DNA of 64,000 nucleotides, from NCBI GenBank assembly GCA_036785375.1, contig JAWMAR010000612.1, positions 248,001-312,000 of the forward strand, read 5' to 3'. This document shows, piece by piece, positions 1-41,499 of the stretch; position 1 is the stretch's first letter, and every line of letters begins with the position of its first letter. A program made the translations under genes and the position numbers. This stretch comes from Leucoraja ocellata (Eukaryota). A model generated the notes under the pieces. The model worked only from the letters and a program-made list of their open reading frames with translations, was not told where the DNA came from and ran no database searches.

Positions 1-459
1 TATTTTAGAAGCAGTAAACGTGGTTATTTGTGAAGGCCTCAAAATTTACATAAGATTTGATCATATGGAAGCAAATAATAGAGCATTATTGGGGTTTGAA
101 GCAAATCCTTGTACCTAGGATATGTGAATCTACATTCTACAGTACAGATTTCATTCATGATACACAAGAGGTGGTCAAGGGTGTGGGGGGGGGGGGGGGG
201 GGGGGTATTAGTAGTTGGGTGTCTTGAATTCAATGACCATGTCACTTTGTTGCATTCACTACCATATCAAGTTGCCTGGAGTAATGATGTTTGCCTTATG
301 CCTAATCCTGCCTTTTAGAACAGCAGAGTCCATAGGTACCTGGAGATTTTGTCATTTTAATTAAAGGATTCTAGTATTGGAACAGCAGCTGTTCTCTTTA
401 TAAGGACTGTAATCAGTTAACACTGGTGGTCCTAGAAACCAACTGATATTTATACAGAA

Positions 460-760
460 AAAAAGACACTGTGTTGGACATCATCTCTGGAGAATATGGA
501 TAGGTGACGTTTCATGTCGGGGCCCTTCTTCAGGCTGTTTGTGGTGGAGGATGCAGAAAGCTGGAAGAGGAGAGGCAAGACAAAGTCTGGCGAGTGATAG
601 ATGGAGACACGTTAGGAAAGTATTTAATAGGCAGATGGTTGGACGAAGCTCAAAAATAAAAAGACAAAAGGTGTGAGATAAGGATAGAAGAAGTCTGATT
701 TGTGAAGTCTGAGGAAGTGTTTTTGTTTTTATTTTGTAAATCGGCATCTAGTTCCTTGTT
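460..760 (-). mobile_element. Penelope-derived repeat with decayed hammerhead core (506-533)
   Basis: Reverse complement reads CTGAAGA-agggccccgacat-GAAACGTC-acctatccatattctccagagatg, the same unit as at 42206 and 52254. Confidence 0.7.
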
Positions 761-859
761 CCTCTCTTTATAAAAGATTGTATATTAGGTTTGCTTTTGC
801 ACATTTGATGTTGTCTTAGGCAGTCCCACTGTTTGAGGAGACTTGCTTCCATTTCTGAT

Positions 860-1790
860 GAAATGGTTAATGTACAAGGAGGTTGCATACCTTCCACTTT
901 ATGATGGTGTTTGTGTGCACTTGATGCATGGGTTGGAGTTTGGATTCATTGATTTCAAGGATGCAATGCAAATGCAAGGATGACATTGAATCATTTCCCC
1001 TTTCCTAACTAGATTTTTTTTCCAATGACACAATTTGGTCTGTATTGTCTATTGTAAGAGTCTGGTGTCAGCCATTCAAATGATGAGGTGTTTCACTGAG
1101 ATGATAGATTATGTTTTTACCAGGGTTTCAGTGCTGCTGATTTTGCCCTTCCAATAGACAAGGTTTTTGCAGAGATGATGTTGGTGGTATCTTTCCGATG
1201 CCTGTCACAGATGATCCAGATCATGGAAGCATATAAGAGAGCCAGGATCACCGCAGCCCATTAGGCCATGAGTTTTGCAATGTCTGAAGTTTAATTCCTC
1301 AATCGACCAAGGGCTAGATTGGCCCACTGAAAGCACTGGTGAATTTAGTCACTGGTGTCTGCCTTTGATAGTTGGCTCCAGATAGATGAAAAATAATCTG
1401 TTTTCCTGAGTCTTGCCATGAACCTTTATTGTTGGAGGGTGGTATTTATAGCCTGAGCAGGTTGATCGGTAAAGTGCTTTGTCTTTTCATTGTTAAATGC
1501 AAGGCCCATCTTGTGCTTCAGTGAATTTGTCTTCAATGACTGAAGCTTGTCCTCTGAGTTTGTCCACATGCTTCAAACTGGTGTTAGAGTGCAGTCGCTG
1601 TGAATTGAACAGTTCTTTATTAGTTCTGAAGGTTAACTGGACGTGCAGGAAGTTTGTTGAAGGCGAGATATAGCATTGCCTTGAGAAAGATTGCAAAAAG
1701 TGCTGGATAATGATGTAGCCTTGCTGTCAATCGTCGTCACTGTGATTGGTTTATCTGAGTTCTGCCATTATTCAGCGAAAGATTTATACA
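860..1790 (-). mobile_element. Degenerate RTE-clade LINE reverse transcriptase remnant
   Basis: Minus-strand fragments translate to RTE-like segments (FRTNKELFNSQRL, IKVHG, YLGA, AVILALLY) with many frameshifts. Confidence 0.55.
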
Positions 1791-4416
1791 ACCATCACGC
1801 GTGATCTTTCCTCCAGTCCCTTGGAGAGTACTATTACAACAGCAGCAGCTCTGTCAACTCTTTAAAAGAAAGTAAGATCATTAAAAATTGGTTCTCTCCA
1901 GTAGTACTGTGGATGGTATTTACAAAATCAGCATTTTGAAGGAATAAAACATTGATGGGTTAATATGGATTTTCTCCCCACTTTGCATTGGCCATAATGG
2001 TGTGGCTATAATTTGTAAACAATTGCATGTGTTTTGGCAGGTTCATTTTGGCCAGCCTTTGATCCTTCACCGATACCTTCTGTAAATGGGAACCATGTGC
2101 AGAAACTGCTTCCCAATCAAACACAACCCACACAAAACCATGTATAAATGGAACTAAATTGGCAAAACTGAATGTCTATTTCTATGGGTGAAGCTTAGTA
2201 CTGACAGTCTTCAGCCCGAAACGTTAAATCTTTCTCTTTCCACAAATGCGACCCGACCTGAGTACAGTGTACAATTTCGGTCACCTTACTATAAGAAGAA
2301 TGTCATTAAACTGGAATTGGTGCAGAAAATATTTGCGAGGATGTTGGGAGTTTGACGATTTGAAATGAGGATGGGCTGGGTCATTATTCTATGGAGCGTA
2401 TGAAGCTGAGTGGAGAACTTATAGAGATTTATACATGCTGAACGCACAGTGGAGTCAAGATTCTCACCGTACATGTGTATATGACAATAAACTTCTCTTG
2501 AATTTATCCTGTTATCCCTTTTTAATTGCTTGCAGCAACTACAATGTGCTTGTTTATCCCATTTGTTGTGATGCATCCCCAGTGAATCCTGTTCTTATTT
2601 TCAATTTAAGTTTTTATTTTCTGTTATTCTCTTCCAAAACTAGTCAGAATGTCAAACCTTGCTTTACCTGCGTTTTTTTCTACATTATTTGCCACCCATG
2701 TCTTGTTGCTTTCAGTTCCTATCATTTAAAAAAAAAATAAAACAACGAGATTCGTTGTAGTGACTCATTAAGGGTCAATGGTAAGAGATTCACCATTACC
2801 ATTGAAAGGACATTTAACAGCGGACATTAAATGCTCAGCTCGCCACCAATACCTGCATTGAGTAAATCAATTAATTCCCGATTTTGTTGTTAACTAGATC
2901 TGCCATAATTTTTAAGATTACATCCACTTGTTCTGGCTCCACTAATGATAGAAAGTGTTTTGTTTACCTAACCTACCAATAACTGAATCAATCAAATAAT
3001 CTTGTGGCCTTGTTAATTCAAGGTTATACAAGTCATGTTTGTGCAGTTGACATTTCCCTGTACTGCATTCTATGTGTCATAGTTTTGCACACTTGTGTTG
3101 CATGTAAACTTCTCTTGTTCACACGGGTAACTGCCTCACCTTGGTCACCGTGCAAGCTTTGATAAAGAAATGGAATGTAGAATACTTGTAACAAGCCCTT
3201 GGACAGAAACTGCTAGAAGAGGATAAAAAGGAAATGACAAATAAGGCAGCACTAACTCATTTGTAGCACCTAGTTCTAACTCTTCTAAGTTGGCTGTAGG
3301 TAATTTAGCTGCTGATTGTATGGCTGTAGATTTGTCCACATTCTTTGTAGATAAATAATGCACTGCATAGCTTGTGGCATTTGGTTAGAGCCGGCTGTGG
3401 TATATACTGCTGTTATTCTCGATGCAATATACTAGTCATTACTTGGCCAATTATGAAGGTTGCTTCTGCATAAAAACATTTGTTATTGGGGATTGTAAGA
3501 CATTCTTAATATTGTTTTGTTCTAGCTTTGCTTAGACATGGCTAACAGAATGTAAAAGTTAATGTCAATGTTTTTGTTCAGATATAGTCAACTAATCTTA
3601 TATAGTAGATCATCTGCATTCACAAGTCCTCCTCTTTCCTAAATATGATGTATTACTCAAAGAATCCTTCTGACGGGATGTATTTCTAATGAGCATGTAA
3701 TAGCATATAGGCAGAAAGTAATTTAATTTAATATGTCCATTTTATGCCCTATACATCACTGCCTAGTTTTGTTGGAACCCAATTATATCATTAATGCTGA
3801 AGTGTTGACAATTGGGACCATGTCCCAAAATTAACTGCTTCTCCTTCAAACTAGTGGCTGGCTTATCCAACATGTATCCCAGCCAAATTGTGCTATCGTT
3901 GTAGATCTCTGTTTACTTGTTCTGATTTATTGTTTTTCTTTTCATGTGTTTTTGGAATTTGTGGTTTGCTAGTTAGGCCAGCATCCTTATTTGTGCTTGA
4001 ACTGAATGGTACAATTAAGAGACAGTTTAAACATTGATTTGGGTCTGGATTTTAAAGAAGGCAGCTTTTAGAAATTGACCAGATAGGTTTTTATGCCTTT
4101 TACAATCACCATCACATTAGCTTAATAAAATCTAGAATTAACTAGTTTCAATTCCTCAACTGCTGTGCGCTTGTCACGAAGTTATTGAGCCTGATCAATA
4201 CATTACCAATCCAGTAAACTGCCACAACTGTGCTATGCTGCATACAACAATAGTGGATTTGTGTTCATAAATCCATCCTCTATGAAGAATGTATAATATT
4301 GTCTTCCTAAATGTAATATGCTTTCAAATTAAAACAGTATTTATTGTGAAGTTATTTGAGCCGTCTTGCCTGATGGAATCTAATTCTAATTTTGATTTGG
4401 TTAAATCTTGTCCTAG

Positions 4417-31858
<27,442 letters not shown>

Positions 31859-32660
31859 ATGCTGTGTATAAACTTCATTCTGTGAGTGACCTCGAGCAAT
31901 ATTGGAAACCGAAGACTGCAGGGTAGAGGCTATGCAAAATTTGGGTGCTTATGATGCCAACATTGTTGTAAAACATTTTGAATTATAACAATAGTAAATC
32001 TTGCTGATATGTATATTAGATAGTTGGTTGTCCCTACATTATATCTTTAAAATTATGCATTTTATTTTACGTGGGTCTTTTCTCTTGCATGAGGATACCG
32101 TTTTATACCTCTCCCATGTAAAATAATCATGATCTTTTGTTTTGAAATATTTTGAACAATTGATCAGTATCAATGAAAACTTGCATTTCCAGATTGGCTG
32201 CCGTTATAAAATTACATTTTTTATGAACTTCATCTTTTAAACAGCATCATTCTATTGTGATACTTTTGCTGGCCTACTTTTTTATTAAAAGAAATAGAAT
32301 AATGCATGCTATATAAAGTTCAAGGCAAACTCTGCATTGATCGCCCATCCCTCGATAAATCCTGGTATCTCAGTCTGCGCTGCTGCTATTCAGTTGAGAT
32401 GATGCACTTTAGAACAATTCCCTTTGTGTATAAATGCTTGTCCACATCACGGCAACATCTCTGTATTCTTGTACTATATACTTTTTCATAAGACTTAATT
32501 TTGTTTGGATTTGCTGTACATTATAAACAGTTGAACTATGGATTTTTGTTATAACATCTTTTTTATCACAAGTGTGACTTTTGTAAGTGATTTCCAGCAT
32601 CCCAAATACAAATAGTGAATTCATTTTTCATTAAAATTGTTCCTGCCATAACATATGCAG
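31859..32660 (+). other. Putative KIF23 3' UTR with candidate poly(A) signal ATTAAA at 32630-32635
   Basis: AT-rich, repeat-free sequence after the stop; ATTAAA is followed by a U/GU-rich tract. Alternatives are ATTAAA at 32284 and AATAAA at 32745. The end is not determinable without transcripts. Confidence 0.55.
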
Positions 32661-33149
32661 TTTTGTCTTTGATTATTTTTGAACAAATTGGACAGGAGAC
32701 TTGTTTGAAATTTTTTTTTTGACGGGAATTGTAAGATCGTAGAGAATAAAAGGCCAGTGGACGATGTCCAAGCGGAGAAACGTTGGAGACTACAGAGAGA
32801 GTCACTGGGTGGGGTGATGTGATGAGGATCAAGTACTTCTTTTGAAGAAAAGAAAATGTGACTGGTATGGAAGAAGAACTTGCAATCACGATTAGCCCAA
32901 AACTCACTAAGGTGTGGGTGCAGGTGTACAAAAGTGTGAGGCCTCTGCTGAAGGCAGATTGTTGAGTGTCAAAAGCGATGGTGAAGATGGCAGGGGTGGG
33001 GAAGAACCTGGAGGGAGGGAGATCAGGACACTTGTATTCTGTGATTCAAGATTCAATGCAGGACTGAGTCTGGAGGTCAGTGTGAAAGGTGATGAAAGAA
33101 TGTTCTGTGGACAGAATAGGCAGGAAGGAGCACAGCAGAGGGTGAGGAA

Positions 33150-35700
33150 GGACTGTTGGATTGAATTGCATTTGTTTTGATGCAAGGCAACATGGGTAAG
33201 AAGAATGATGGGTGTGGATAGCTTAGTGTAGCAGTTATGGAAACATGGCTAGGAGAGGGGCAGGACTGGCAACCTGATGCTCCAGGGTATAGGTTCGACA
33301 GGAGTAATAGAGATAGCAGAAAAAGAGATGAGGATGTTGCTTTGTTGGTTGAGAATGTCACCAGCAGTTGGAGATTACATTACTGATGGTTGATCCAGTC
33401 AGGCTATACAGGTAAAGCCGAGATAAAAAAGGGATCGCCTTGTTGGGAGTGTACTACAGGCCCCCAAACAGCCAATGGGAATTAGAAGAGCAAATATGCC
33501 AGGAGGTTGCTGGTAGCTTCAAGAATAATAACATTGTCATAGAGGATTTTAACTTTCCCAATATAGACTGGGAGTGTCAAGGGCGTAGATAGGGTGGAAT
33601 TTGTCAAATGTGTATGGGAAAGTTTTCTTATGGGCCTGTCCCACTGTACGAGCTAATTCAAGAGCTCTCCTGAGTTTAAAAAAAAAATCAAACTTGTGGT
33701 AAGTACGTAGAGGGTACGTCGGAGCTCAGGATGTCTCTTAGTGGCTCGTAACGCTAATGGCGGGTACTTGGGAAACGCGGTAAGATCGTGAAGATTTTTC
33801 AACATGTTGAAAAATGTCCACGAGAGCCCCGAGTACCCATGAGCGGCTATTACTGTAATTCTCCGATTTCGAATCAATGGAAACTTGGGAGAACTCTTGA
33901 ATTAGCTCGTACAGTGGGACAGCCCCATAAGGCATATGTAGAGGGCCCTAAAGTTTGATCCGCTGCTAGGAAATTGGGACGGGAAGTGACTGAAGCATCC
34001 ATGGGCGAGTGTTTTGGGACCAGCGACTACTTTCAATTAACTTTAAAATTAGTCATGAGGGTGGCCCCAGAAGTTAAAACTTTGAATTTGGGCAAGACCA
34101 ACTTTGACAGTAACTTGCTACGGTCAATTGGACTAAGTTGTTTGGAGGCAAGGGATTTCTGGAAAGTGGGATGCTTTTAACAGTGTGATGACAAGAGTTC
34201 AGGCCATGCATGTTAGAGTGAAGGGCAAGTCAGCTGAGAGTAAGGAAGCTTGGTTGTAGAGAGAAAATGAGGCTCTGGTCAGGAAACGAGGTATGAGGCA
34301 GGCATCGATAGCTTGGATCAAATGCATCCCTGGAGGACAGATGTCGGAGGTTATAGGGAGAAGGCAGGAGAATGGGGTTAATTCTACTATTAGTTTGAGG
34401 AACTGAGGAACATTCTTGAGGAAATCAGGAAGGTGAAAAGGGAGTGGTGATAGCATTGGCAGATAATATTAAAGAAAATCCAATGAGATTTTATGTACAA
34501 TAAGGGAAAGAGGGAATAGAGAGAATTGGGCAGTCATCGCTGGAGCTGCAGGAGATGGGCAAGATCCTATTTCTCCTCTGTTTTTACCGTGGAGAAAGAC
34601 ACGAGGACTGGGGAAGTTTGCACAGTTAATGCAAATGTCTTGAGTGATAGCCAACGGGATAAATAATTGGTGTCATGGAAGGAAACAGATGGTGATGATG
34701 GAAGGTTGTTTTTCCAGACTGGACGTCTGTGATAAATAGAGTGCCTGAAGAATTGGTGCTGGATCCATTGTTTATGCTTTATATCGACGATTTGGATGAG
34801 AAAGTAGACGGCTTGATTAGTAAGTTTGCAGATGACACTAAATTAGGCGGTATGGATAGCAAAAATTGAGATCAAACATTACAGCAGGATCAAGTGGGCT
34901 GAAGAATGATTGATAGGGTTTAATACAGATATGTGCACTGTTTTGCAATTTGGGAAGTCAAATGACGGCAAGAACTACACAGTGAATGGCAGAGCTCCCA
35001 GGGAGTGTTCTAGAGCAGAGATCTAGGATTGCAGGTAAATAGATCTTTGAAAATGATACCATGGGTAGATAGGATGATCAAGAATTTTTTCAACACTGAT
35101 CATCAGTCAGGGTATTGAATGAATTAATACGTTTATTGGCCAAGTAAGGAATTTGCCTTGGTGCTCTGTCCACAAGTGACAACATTACATACAGTGACAG
35201 TTAAGAATGATACATTAAACATTAATAATAAAACATTGATTAAACATGTGAATTAAATAAAATACCAGAGCAAAAGGAGGCTACAGATTTTTGGTTATTG
35301 AGTAGAGCTACTACTCATGGAAAAATGTTTGAGTAAAATTGAGTAAAGAATTTGGGATGTTACATTAGTTGTACAATATGTGGATGAGTGCTCCACATTT
35401 GGAGTATTGTGTTTAGTTTTGGTCGCCCTGCTATAGGAAGGATGTTGTCAAGGTGGTAAGAATGGAGAGAAGATTTACAAAGTTGCTGCCAGGACTTGAG
35501 GGCCTGAGCTACAGGGAGAGGTTGGACAGACGAGGACTATATTCCATAGAGTACATGAGGATGAAGGGTGACCTTGGAGGTGGGTAAGATCATGCAGAGA
35601 ATAGATAGGACAAATGCAGAGTCTTTTACCCAGGGTAGGGGAATCAAGAACAAGCAGACAGGTTTGCAGTGAGAGAGTTGAAACATGTAATAGGAACTGT
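33150..35700 (+). mobile_element. Degenerate CR1 LINE ORF2 (endonuclease plus RT)
   Basis: APE motifs ETWL, GVYYRPPNS, DFNFPNIDW; RT motif ISKFADDTKLGG (about 34816-34851); LEYCV.FWSP C-terminal region; many stops and frameshifts. Confidence 0.88.
33631..33927. mobile_element. PIF/Harbinger-like MITE inserted in the CR1
   Basis: Long TIR (t)gggcctgtcccactgtacgagctaattcaagag / ctcttgaattagctcgtacagtgggacagcccc(a), flanked by TTA and TAA. Confidence 0.8.
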
Positions 35701-36120
35701 TCTGGGATGCCTGTGTAGATGTGCATGGTCCAGGCCAAGACAAGAGAAAACAGGGTGATGAATGATCAGCACCTTTGAAGCAGGCTCAATACACAAAGCC
35801 ATAGTGAAGAGGGCAAGCCCTGAACTCTTGTCATCACGTCTGGTAGGGAAGCACCGATTCGGGACTTACCTTGCCTGTACACCTGGCCGCCCACAGCGAC
35901 GACTGCAGAGGTTTTTGGTCCCGACCACGGGGAAAAATGGAGGAGGACTGACTGAACTTTGTGCCTTCCACCATAGTGATGAATGCGGTGGTGGATGTTT
36001 TGTGTTAAAAAAATTATTGTGTATTGTGTGTTTTTTAATTTATTTTTATCGTACCGCAGCTGGCAAGTTCGTTTCACTGCGCTTCATTGTGTATGTGACG
36101 AATAAATCTGACTTGACTAA
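35700..36120 (+). mobile_element. Non-autonomous retroposon with Rex1-like 3' tail
   Basis: Shares aggaggactgactgaac...gccttccacca...gtggtggatgtt and an aataaa-(cttga) tail with 46200-46980 (-) and 39690-39860. Confidence 0.55.
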
Positions 36121-36903
36121 TGGGATGACTCGTCTGTAAATGAGTGTAAAATGTACTTGGAAATGGCTGAGAATAGTCATTCTTAGGAAACAGACAAGAT
36201 GTGCTTGGGTTAGACATTAGGGCCACTTTATGTTTGGGTTATGTATCTGGAGCCATTGAAGCTCAATACAAAGGGCCATCTGGCTGAAAATGTCATACAC
36301 TGAACCATAGGAGGCTACATCGGCACTTGGCCTTGCCAAATGAGGCCATTGTTATATCACTGCCAGTTATCCTATTGAGTATTTCAGCAGTTTACACTTT
36401 TATTAGGTTGGAATATATTTTGATTTTGGGCGGGGTTTTTCCACCTGATGTGCCAAGTAGATGCTTGTATTGTGATTGGTTAAAGACTTGTTGCACCTCC
36501 AGCTCTGATCTCAGTCTTTCTTCGGCCCCAAATTGTTGGACTGAGATTTGAAGTTGATATTGTAATCGTCTTTCTTGATTCGCAGAAGTAAAACAACTTG
36601 TCTACGGTGGTATTGTGCTCCTTGTGGTGAGGGGCTGGGATTATATTCATTGTCACACGCAAGGAAGGAATTGTTGAAGTAATTACTGCAAATATAATAT
36701 AGGAATCACTACTGAACTTGTATTTCCGTGGCACCTTTCTTGGCTTGCCAAAATGTAGCTAAAGCAAAATTCTTTAATCTTCAAACTGGGAATGTGCAAC
36801 AAATAATCTGTGATTGGCAAGCAAAGCCAAAGTTAACAGCAAAGTTAACAGCAAAGAAGTAATGACCAGCTGATCTGTTCTGGTGATTGGGGGATAAATA
36901 TCA

Positions 36904-37500
36904 ATGAGCCGGCACGAGCAGGCCCTCGCTTTGACTCCCGCAGATCTGGGCCACACTCACCAAGACCTACAATGGACCCCAACTTTACTTCATTCTATGT
37001 CTTCAACAAACAGTTCCTCGCCTACCTGGACTCTACTAAGGATCACAAGCTTGCCTGCCTCCAGACCGGTCCTTCCACCGACACTCCTCAACTCGACTGC
37101 CCACAGGCCCATGACTCCACCGCTGGGCCACGCGACCTGCTCAACCACCACGGGGCCGATACCCCGGAGGCCATTATCGCCATGAAGACTAGCACAAATG
37201 TCCACAGCTTCTCCGACCCTCATCGCCGATCCCAGGCCTGGACCACCGAATCTACAGCCGCCTCCCCGGGGGCCACTGCCGCTGACCCTCACCACCTCCC
37301 CGGGGCCACCGACGCCACCTCCAACTGACCACTGACGCTTTGCTTGCTGACCCGTTTAAAAAATTTAAGCAGTCTGAAGAAGGACCTCTACCCGAAGCGT
37401 CACCCATTCCTCCTATCCAGAGATGCTGCCTGGCCCGCTGAGTTTACTCAAGCATTTTGTACCTATTTTCAGTGACAACCAGTATCTGCAGTTCCTTCCT
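36904..37500 (+). mobile_element. Probable Penelope-like N-terminal ORF fragment joined to a hammerhead-bearing terminal repeat (core 37374-37401, GAAA changed to GAAG)
   Basis: C-rich ORF remnant (FNKQFLAYLDSTKDHKLACLQ) followed by agtCTGAAGAaggacctctacccGAAGcgtcacccattcc...gatgctgcctggcccgctgag. Confidence 0.6.
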
Positions 37501-38693
37501 GGGCCCTCCATTGATATCCTCCTGAGAATATGAACTTCTATTTAGCATCCCAGCTGAAAGGCACCGCATCCAATGCAGCAGCATTCCCTTACTGCTACAA
37601 CAGGCGCACCTTTTGTACTCGAGTGGGACTCGAACTCATCTGACTCAAGCTTGCGTTCTATCAGTTTACCACTGTGTCAATGGTGCAGACATACTGCATG
37701 GTTCTCAGCAGCAGCTCGCCTTTACCCAAAGCCAATTAGATGTGAGGAGCAAATGCTGGCTGTGTCAGTGACAGATTCTATGAGTGAAGTTTTATCTTCC
37801 CAGAACAAAGACTCGACTGGCCCCCAAACAGGTTGCAGCAGTGAATTGTGATGACTGCTGTCGGTGATTCATATTATTAATATAAAACTTATTGTGTGTT
37901 CCCCAGCATTGAATGATCTGTTTTGAAGATCAAAAAGACAGCAGGTATTTTTCCATATTTTTCGCTCTTGCATATGGAAGTCTGTAGTTGCAAGCAAGAA
38001 TTTCTGCTTATCTTCCTGTTCTCCGGATTGGAGTGATTCATGAATGGTTTCAGTCAGCTGCCAGAGTTAAAGAAGCTTATTTTCCTCTTGCTTTGACTCG
38101 CTGCCAGTAAGGCAAGTTAACTTTTCTATTTTTGGGCACTTTAACCATGCCGCTGTCAATTCCTGCACTATACCTTGTGCTTGTTTTACCACATTGCTGC
38201 TTGCACAGAATGGATCGTTTTAAGACCTGAGTACACCGTTTGTTCAGCCAATATATCTCAGCACTTTTGCAACTAGAATTGCCTATTATTATATTTCCTG
38301 AATTAATAGTGTTTTTTCCAGTTGACAGGGAATACCGATATCGGTGGCTATCATAGTAGACATTCACTGATACTTTCTATCCACACTCCCCTATGCCAAA
38401 CATCAAACTTTGTGGATTGGATTTTATGGGTTTACAAAGCTGGTTTCAAATGTTCTAGACTGTAAGAAGGTAAGTGTGAATTGATGCTTATGTCCACTTC
38501 AGCACAGAGGCATTCATTGATAAAGGAAAAAATGAGGCTCATTTGCAATTGATTTGGCTTGAAATAACTGATGCGAGAGACCGGGACTTTAGTGGTCGAA
38601 GGACACAAAACCCTTATTTAGTACAGTTGAATGAATTTCCTCTGGAGTCAGAAATTTATGGGTTTCATCCCTACTGCTAGAGTTGACATTTCA

Positions 38694-38972
38694 TTTAGTT
38701 TAGAGATACAGAGCGGGAACAGGCTCTTCGCCCCACCGGGACCGCGCCGACCAGCGATCCCCACACATTAACACAATCCTACACCCACGAGGGGCAATTT
38801 ACACATTTACCAAGCCAATTAACCTACCTGGGAAGAAACCAAAGATCTCGGAGAAAACCCACGCAGTTCACGGGGAGAAGGTAAAGAGAGCACCCGTAGT
38901 CAGGATCGAACCCGGGTCTCTGGTGCTGCATTCGCTGTAAGGCAGCAACTCTACCGCTGCGCCACCGTGACC
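38694..38972 (-). mobile_element. HE1/V-SINE-type tRNA-derived SINE, near full length
   Basis: Reverse complement has A-box GGTGGCGCAGCGGTAGAG, B-box GGTTCGATCC, central gtgggttttctcc region and gctctgtatctctaaactaaa tail. Confidence 0.85.
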
Positions 38973-39309
38973 GCAGCGCGGCTCTGGCCAGCAGCGGCCT
39001 CTGCAGCCTGTCCGCGTTTTTATTATTTTTTGTCTGTGTTTTTATGTAGTTTTTGTTATTTTATGTTGAGGTGTGTGTGTGGGGGGGCGGGGGTGGGGTG
39101 GGAGGGGGGGGGAAACTTTTTGAATCTCTCCCTGCACTGGAGACCCGACCTTTTCTCGTCGGGTCTCAGGTGTCGTTGAGGCCGCAACGAGGAGCGGCCT
39201 CCAACAGGAAGAAGCCGGGGACTCGGGTGTCGACTCACCGTTGCCGTCACGGAGCTGGCCGGGTCCGGAGCGGGTGGAGCGGTGGAGGAGCGCTGCTGCT
39301 GCTGCTGTC

Positions 39310-39342
<33 letters not shown>

Positions 39343-39860
39343 ACCGGAGAGTCGGAGGCTCCAACGACGGGTCTGTGGACGACGGCACCGGGAGCCCACG
39401 GCTCCCTGGAGGGAGACCGCTTCTCAGGGCTCCTGCAACGGCGACTTCTCCCGCCCGAGTTGCGGGGTTGAAGAGCTCCTGGAGCGGGGCCTGACACCAC
39501 TGCCCCGCGCGGCTGGAATGGCCGCGGACTCTGCGAGCGCACACCGGGGGCTCTAACACCAAGACCCGGTGTGCGACCTCGCACCACCCGGTGTGGCTTT
39601 AATGGCCGCGGGACAATCGCCATCGCCAGCCGGGGGCTATGACTTTGACTCTGACATCGGGGGGGGGAGAGTGCAGTGGAGAGATAAGTTTATTTGGCCT
39701 TCCATCACAGCTATGTGATGGATGTTTATGTTAAATGTAATTATTGTTGTGTCTGGGGTCTATTTGTGTGTAATGTATGGCTGCAGAAACGGCATTTCGT
39801 TTGGACCTCCAGGGGTCCAAATGACAATTAAATTGACTCTGACTCTGACTCTGACTCTGA
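38973..39860 (+). mobile_element. GC-rich non-autonomous retroposon with (GCT)n tract and (GACTCT)n tail
   Basis: CpG-rich body, (GCT)n at 39291-39342, terminal hairpin ttggacc-tccagg-ggtccaa, tail gactctgactctgactctgactct. Confidence 0.6.
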
Positions 39861-41499
39861 GTGACGCAAGTCTAGGGTGAGGCATCTATTGCAATACTGA
39901 GGGAGCGCTGCATTGTTGGTGGTGGCATTTTTCAAATGTGGTTAAAACAAGCCACCCTCTCAATTAAAAATCCCACCACAGTTTCAAAGGGGAGCAGGAA
40001 AGCACTTCACAAAATCCTTCAGTCATCACCACAAAAATAGATTATCAACTATTATTTGTGGGATGAAAATTGAACTGTTTTTTTTCCAGCATTCTGTGGA
40101 CAAAGGAAACAGAGAGTTAAAAAGGTTAAGATCAATAATTCAACTCTTTAGATCTTTGTAGATTCTGCCAGAATTTCTGAGTACTAGCAGCATTTTTTAA
40201 TACTCCAAATTCCCACCAACTACTGTTCCTTTTTTGGCTTTTTATTATAGTTGTGTGGGATTTTGCTGTGTACAAATTGTTTGCCATAGAGCTTAGAAAA
40301 CAGTGATCAAGCTTCTAAAATATTTCATTGCCTTTAAAGTGAGTGACCCAGGGGTTTCAAAAGATGTCGTAGAATTGAGTCTGCTTATATTTACAGGTGC
40401 ACTGTATTAAAGGAGTTGAAGTAATATACAATGTTTTGTTAGACATAATGAACAAGCGATCAAGGTAGTAACTTAATGCAATAGTCATAAGTTCTAAACT
40501 TTTAAATACATGAAATGTTTTAAAATGCTATGAATGTCTTTTTAAACCATTTTACAGCAAGCTACTCTTAAATAGTTCTGAATGTGGTCCTTATAAAGTA
40601 GGAAACAATCTGCAAGGGATCTTTGAGTGGGATAAAGGTTGAAACGTTACGTTGGAGATCTTTGGTACTTCTCACTATCTTGCTGGAAATTCTCTTTGTA
40701 TTGGGAGAAAGGTAGCTCCTGTACTTCACTGGGTTGATCCCAAAACTGCTACCGAGCAGTTACTGGGAATGGAGGGCTTGAGTTATAAGGAGATACTGAC
40801 GAGGCTGCGGGTTTTTTCTCTGGAATGTAAGAGATTGAGGAGTGACCTTATTGAGGTATATAAAATGTACATGTGCTGTACGACTCTGTTGCTCTATATT
40901 CTGGCACATTTAAGTGGAGGTTGCTGACCTAAATTGGCTCCCAGCTGCACATCCTATAAAACTAAAGATTTAAAAAAAAGCATGTTCATGTCCCACCAAT
41001 ACCTATTCACTGATATGTTTCCCAACTCTGCAAACGTTTCTGTTTCTGAAACAATGCTTTCTTTCTTTCCATTGCTCCACCATTGGCCACTGTTCTTTAC
41101 GCTGCCTGGGCCGTTGGCCCTGGAATCCCAGCCCTAAACATCCCTGAATCTTCCCTTTTAAATGCTCCTTTACAAAACATCTATCCCTTTGACCAAACCT
41201 TTGGCCACTAGGCCAAATATCTCCTTGGGAGGTTTGGTCACCTATTTATTGGATACTACTCGTACGAATGGGTTGATTCAAATAAATCTCTGTGAATGCA
41301 TTGTATAATGAGGCCCCAAACTGGATGCAGTTTCTGTATCTCTCCAAGCAGAGTTGACATACATTTTGTAAAAGAAAAAGTGGGGTAAAAATTCTACCGT
41401 GTTATTAATCTTTCATGGTTCAAATTGTGTATCTGTCTTTGACTGTTCCACTTTCTGTCCACCTCCTATAATCCTGGTTCTCTTCAGCACTGGTTTTGT

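Noticed and set aside
186-206. Poly-G/poly-C runs (also near 26476, 28240, 44144)
   Set aside because: Simple homopolymers with no evidence of function, and prone to sequencing error.
1-4416. Search for KIF23 exon 1 and promoter
   Set aside because: No CpG island or convincing short ATG exon with a phase-2 donor; exon 1 is probably upstream of the window.
38880-38972. tRNA-like A and B boxes (also 48370-48440, 49490-49555, 53130-53185)
   Set aside because: These are SINE heads followed by SINE bodies; no complete cloverleaf.
39042-39623. ORFs with poly-Ala, poly-Leu or poly-Cys
   Set aside because: Produced by a (GCT)n microsatellite within a retroposon.
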